Source: a virus
Taxonomy: Duplodnaviria > Caudoviricetes
Virus record (IMG/VR): IMGVR_UViG_3300045283_000155
Location: 1-50,458 of that record
Length of the DNA: 50,458 bases
Strand: one strand, 5' to 3'
The number at the start of each line of letters is the position of its first letter. Position 1 is the stretch's first letter. The notes under the pieces are model-generated. The model was not told where the DNA came from. It did no database searches and saw only the letters and a program-made list of their open reading frames with translations. Shown piece by piece: positions 46,457-50,458 of the stretch. Made by a program: the position numbers and the translations under genes.

Positions 46457-49400
46457 ATGCCTGACCGCACCCTCCGATACGTCCTCACCGCCGAAGACCG
46501 CGGCGCATCCGCAGCAATGGGCCAAACAGCGGCCGCCGGCGAGAAAGCAGCCGCCAAAATCGGGGGCGCCTTCTCGCAACTCGGCGGCATGATCGGCGGC
46601 GAACTCGGCGGAGCCATCGAAAAAATCGGCGCCGGGATCACTGGTCTCGGCGAACACGGATCCGAAGCAGGCAAAAAACTCGCCACATTCGGTGTGGCAA
46701 CCGCCGCAGCCGGCATCGCCCTGACAGCGTTGGGAGCGAACGGGAAACGCGCCACCGACCAACTCAAGGTTGCGATCGAGAACACCGGCAACTCCTTCGG
46801 TGACTACTCGGACCAGATCGAGAAGACGGTCAAGCAGCAGGAGAACTTCGGGCACAGAGCAGAAGACACCAAGAACGCGTTACAGAAACTCACCGAGGCG
46901 ACCCAGGACCCGACGAAGGCCCTCCAACTGATGGGCCTCACCGCGGACATCGCTGCGGCGAGACACATCGACCTCGTGGACGCGGCCACGTTGGTGGCCA
47001 AGGTCCTCGGCGGTACAGGAGGAAAAATCCTCGCCGCCTACGGCATCACCATGGAGAAGAACGCTGACGGCACCAAAAACGTTGACCTCGCTCTACAACA
47101 GCTGGCGGAGCGAGTGCAGGGGCAGGCATCCGCGTCGGTCGACAACTTCTCCGGCAAAGTCGACGTTGTCCTCACCAAGCTGCAGGACTGGGCCACTGAG
47201 ATCGGTTCGGTCATCGGCCCGGCGCTTAGCTACCTTGGTGGGGCTATAGCCGCCGCTGGCAAGGTCTGGCAATTCTTCCAGGAACGCTCCGCCGCCGCTG
47301 CAGCCGCTAATGCCCTTGTGGCCGCGTCGTCGACGGAGACCGCGGACATCGTTATCGCGAGTTCCGCGCAAATGGATGAAGCCATAGGCAGCATCGGCGC
47401 CACAAGCCGGCTGACGGCCGCCCAATATGTTGCGGCGAGCGCGGCGATCGAAGCGTCCAGCGTTGAGATGGCGGCCATAGCGGAGGGCTCCGCCGCCCAG
47501 TTCGATGCGGCGATGGCCAGCCAAGCCGCAGCAGCTAAGGCTACGGCGGCGGCTAACGCGGATGCCAGACTGAGCCTGCTACTACTAACTGGGGGTCTCG
47601 GGGTAGCGGCTGCTGCCATCGCCGCGGCGGCTGTTGGTGCGGTAGTGCTCGTCAAGGTGCTAGGTGACGGCACGGAAACCGTTAGGGCGACCGCGTCTGG
47701 TATTAAAGAGTTGAACAAGTCGCTGATGGACAGCGGCGGCTCTTTTGACGCCAACAGCCAGAAGATTCTCGCCAACACCCTCGCGCAAGGCGGCTACATC
47801 GACAAAGCAGCGAAGGCCGGGATCAGTGTCGGGGAACTGACCCTCGGTGTGACCGGTAACGCTGGTGCGATGCAGGTCCTGATCGACAAGTGGCGGGCGA
47901 GCGGGAAACCCAGCGAAGAAACGATCTTCAATCTGCAGCGGCTCAATAAAGAGTTCAACGCCTCGGCGGAAGCTGGGCAGAAAGCAGCGGCCTCTCAAAG
48001 AGCGGTCGCCGCCGCCGCGGACACCGCTAGTCCAGCGCTATCCGCAATGGGCCAGGAGATCCAGAAGGAGGACGCATACCTCGCTAAGAACAAGCTGACC
48101 CTAGAGGACGCGAAAAAGAAATTCGCTGACGCGCGTGCCGCGGCGTTCTCGTTCACCGCGGAGCTCGGCTACATGTCCACCGCGTTGGACATCTTGTCGA
48201 ACAATCAGATCAATGCGCGGCTCGGGCAGTTACATCTCGCTGACGCGTGGGATGTCGGGAAGGGCGCCGACTCGGCACTAACACAGCAGATCCAGGCGCA
48301 CGGTAAAAGCTTGCTGGAGAACACCCGCGACGGCCGGTCGAACCAAGAATGGTTGATCGGGCAAATCCTGACCATCAATCAGCAGGCGCTGCAGCAGGCT
48401 AAGGCGACCGGCAGCATAAAGCAGGGCACCGACTCGTTACACACCAACGAGGACGCGCTGCGCACCTCCGCTATCCAGGCCGGGTTCACCCGCGCGCAGG
48501 TGGATGCGCTGATCAACAAGTACAAGGCCACCCCAGGCGATGTGATGACGTCGATCCGGCAGCAAGGGCAGGAGGCGGTCGTCGCCAAACTCGGCGAGAT
48601 GGTGAGCATCCTTCAGCAGATCGCCGACCCGGCCGGGTGGAATGCGAAAGTTTCTCTCCAGTTCCAGAAGTTGAACACGTCGATGCCGCTCGCGGCGAAA
48701 GGCGGGCTGATCGGCGGTGGCGGCGGACCGACCGCTGACGACCGTCTGATCGCGGCCAGCAGCGGTGAGTTCATCATGAACGCCGATGCGACTGCGGCGA
48801 ATCTTCCGCTCCTCGCCTACCTCAATAACGGCGCCCAAAAGTTCGCGGCCGGTGGGCTCATCGGAAACGCTGGGGGACCTCATCTCGCCGGTCTACTCAA
48901 GCTCTCCGACTCGGCGAGCGGGTTCCTCGGCACGGCGTGGTGGAACGCGTGGGAAAACGGGATAGCTAAGGACGTCGCCAAACAATACTTCGACAGCCTG
49001 CCGAAACCAGGCGCCAGCATCCCCGGCGGTGCCGCACCATCCCCGGGAACCCTATCCGCTCTGCAGGATTATGCGTTTAGCCTGTTCCGCTATTACGGCT
49101 GGGATCAGAGCCAACTGGGCTCGTTAATAGCCCTATGGAATGGCGAGAGCGGGTGGAACCCGGCCGCGTACAACGCGTCCAGCGGCGCGACCGGTATCCC
49201 GCAGTCACTGCCGGCAAGCAAAATGGCTAGTGCGGGCGCGGATTACCTAACCAACGGGGCCACCCAAATCCGTTGGGGCGAAAACTACATCCATGATGTG
49301 TACGGTTCCCCGTCGGCGGCGTACGGGGCATGGTTGAGTCGGTCGCCGCATTGGTACGGGGACGGTATGCCACCGTCACTGTTTAAGAAACGCACATTGA

Positions 49401-49597
49401 TCGGTGTCGGCGAGTCCGGCCCGGAAACAGTAAGCGTGAGCCGCGGCGACAAACGCGGTGACTTCTCACCGCGGGCTATCGCTGCCGCAGTCGCCGACGC
49501 CCTGTCGGGTGCCACGTTCCGGTTCGACGGTGACGGCCTCGCCACGTTGGTGACGAAGAAGCAGCGCGACTACGCGGTGCGTGGGGGCCGGCGTTGA
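46457..49597 (+). CDS. Tape measure protein with C-terminal lytic transglycosylase domain
   Basis: 1046 aa, Ala-rich; ESGWNPAAYNASSGATGIPQSL..QIRWGENYI..YGSP. Confidence 0.93.
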   Translation: MPDRTLRYVLTAEDRGASAAMGQTAAAGEKAAAKIGGAFSQLGGMIGGELGGAIEKIGAGITGLGEHGSEAGKKLATFGVATAAAGIALTALGANGKRATDQLKVAIENTGNSFGDYSDQIEKTVKQQENFGHRAEDTKNALQKLTEATQDPTKALQLMGLTADIAAARHIDLVDAATLVAKVLGGTGGKILAAYGITMEKNADGTKNVDLALQQLAERVQGQASASVDNFSGKVDVVLTKLQDWATEIGSVIGPALSYLGGAIAAAGKVWQFFQERSAAAAAANALVAASSTETADIVIASSAQMDEAIGSIGATSRLTAAQYVAASAAIEASSVEMAAIAEGSAAQFDAAMASQAAAAKATAAANADARLSLLLLTGGLGVAAAAIAAAAVGAVVLVKVLGDGTETVRATASGIKELNKSLMDSGGSFDANSQKILANTLAQGGYIDKAAKAGISVGELTLGVTGNAGAMQVLIDKWRASGKPSEETIFNLQRLNKEFNASAEAGQKAAASQRAVAAAADTASPALSAMGQEIQKEDAYLAKNKLTLEDAKKKFADARAAAFSFTAELGYMSTALDILSNNQINARLGQLHLADAWDVGKGADSALTQQIQAHGKSLLENTRDGRSNQEWLIGQILTINQQALQQAKATGSIKQGTDSLHTNEDALRTSAIQAGFTRAQVDALINKYKATPGDVMTSIRQQGQEAVVAKLGEMVSILQQIADPAGWNAKVSLQFQKLNTSMPLAAKGGLIGGGGGPTADDRLIAASSGEFIMNADATAANLPLLAYLNNGAQKFAAGGLIGNAGGPHLAGLLKLSDSASGFLGTAWWNAWENGIAKDVAKQYFDSLPKPGASIPGGAAPSPGTLSALQDYAFSLFRYYGWDQSQLGSLIALWNGESGWNPAAYNASSGATGIPQSLPASKMASAGADYLTNGATQIRWGENYIHDVYGSPSAAYGAWLSRSPHWYGDGMPPSLFKKRTLIGVGESGPETVSVSRGDKRGDFSPRAIAAAVADALSGATFRFDGDGLATLVTKKQRDYAVRGGRR

Positions 49598-50458
49598 CGA
49601 TCACCGTGTTACGGCCGAACGGGATCGCCATTCAGGCCCCTAACCTGACGTTGACCGGCGGCGGCACCGTCATCACCGAAGTCAACGACAACTCCGACAG
49701 CACCTTCGTCAAAGGCAACGTCGACAAGGGGTACGCCCGCTGGTCCCTCGACGACATCACCATCAGCGGAACGCAACGCGCCCGATCCGTCAATGTGCGA
49801 ATCCGCAACGCCAACGACGGCTCCGGTGGCACCACCCAAGACACCCTCACCAACCTCAACTCGTCGGCTGGTGCGCATTTCGCCACCGCGAAATTCATCG
49901 GCGGCTTGACTAACACCCGCGGCACAACCGCCATCGTCACCTCAGCCGGCCCCCTCTGCTACTCGGGGCCTAACGGGGTCGCCTGGACGCAAACCGTTAT
50001 CAACGACCTGCAACTCCAGGTCACATGGTTCAAAGTCCACTACGGCACCGCTGGTTGGCAGAAAGTCTTCGAACTTTACTGCGACGTTGACGTCACCGAC
50101 CAACCCTCCGCCGGGGCGGTCACGGTCACCAACTTCACCAACAACGCCCGCCCCAACGTCGCCTTCGTTTACAGCCAGTCGGAGAACTATCATCAGTACC
50201 GGTATCAGGGCAGAATCTTCGACTCCGTCACCTACGGGGCGGCCGGGTTCAACCCGGACACCTCCATCCCGGTGTATGACACGGGGGAGGTCGGTGGTGA
50301 CGCCGCCAACTTCGACCTCACTTCCGATTTGCAGCAAGGAGTCACTTACAAGGCGTACGTGAAAGCGGCCATGTTTTGGCCCGGGCCGCAAGGGCAAGCC
50401 TGGTACTCGGTGTGGGCAGTGTCATCGGCGTTCGGGATTGTGTTCGCCGCGCCGTACA
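49594..50458 (+). CDS. Minor tail protein, N-terminal part (continues through the origin to 1953)
   Basis: TTG overlaps the tape-measure stop; open to the end and in frame with base 1. Confidence 0.8.
   Translation, partial: MTITVLRPNGIAIQAPNLTLTGGGTVITEVNDNSDSTFVKGNVDKGYARWSLDDITISGTQRARSVNVRIRNANDGSGGTTQDTLTNLNSSAGAHFATAKFIGGLTNTRGTTAIVTSAGPLCYSGPNGVAWTQTVINDLQLQVTWFKVHYGTAGWQKVFELYCDVDVTDQPSAGAVTVTNFTNNARPNVAFVYSQSENYHQYRYQGRIFDSVTYGAAGFNPDTSIPVYDTGEVGGDAANFDLTSDLQQGVTYKAYVKAAMFWPGPQGQAWYSVWAVSSAFGIVFAAPY
50332..50458. repeat. 127-bp terminal direct repeat, right copy
   Basis: Identical to 1-127. Confidence 0.97.

Noticed and set aside
1-50458. tRNA/tmRNA genes, reverse transcriptase or DGR, invertible tail segment
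   Set aside because: None recognised by eye; a covariance-model scan would be needed to exclude small RNAs

Overview
The window is an apparently complete, circularly assembled genome of a high-GC temperate siphovirus, very probably of an actinobacterial host without mycolic acids (no LysB seen). Bases 1-127 repeat exactly at 50332-50458, giving a 50,331-bp unit. Gene order from the probable packaging end near 35.4 kb: terS, terL, portal, ClpP protease-capsid fusion, head-tail genes, major tail, frameshifted tail chaperone, tape measure with a lytic transglycosylase domain, minor tail genes running across the origin, then lysis genes. After the lysis genes comes an unusual second block (7.7-14.1 kb): a Tat-exported animal-type heme peroxidase, several Thr/Ala-rich beta-structured proteins including a 14 x 20-aa repeat protein, and a secreted bulb-type lectin. 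Next are a leftward early operon, an arm-less tyrosine integrase and a repressor that look like an integration-dependent immunity switch, and a long rightward early/middle operon (C5 methylase, exonuclease plus Gp3-like protein, resolvase, replication initiator with iterons, FtsK/TraB-like ATPase, HNH genes). Read directly from the DNA: a shared 15-bp operator, several leaderless promoters, a synonymous-only duplicate of the integrase 3' end, and several single genes bracketed by direct repeats that duplicate gene junctions. All product calls come from motif recognition by eye; no database search was run.
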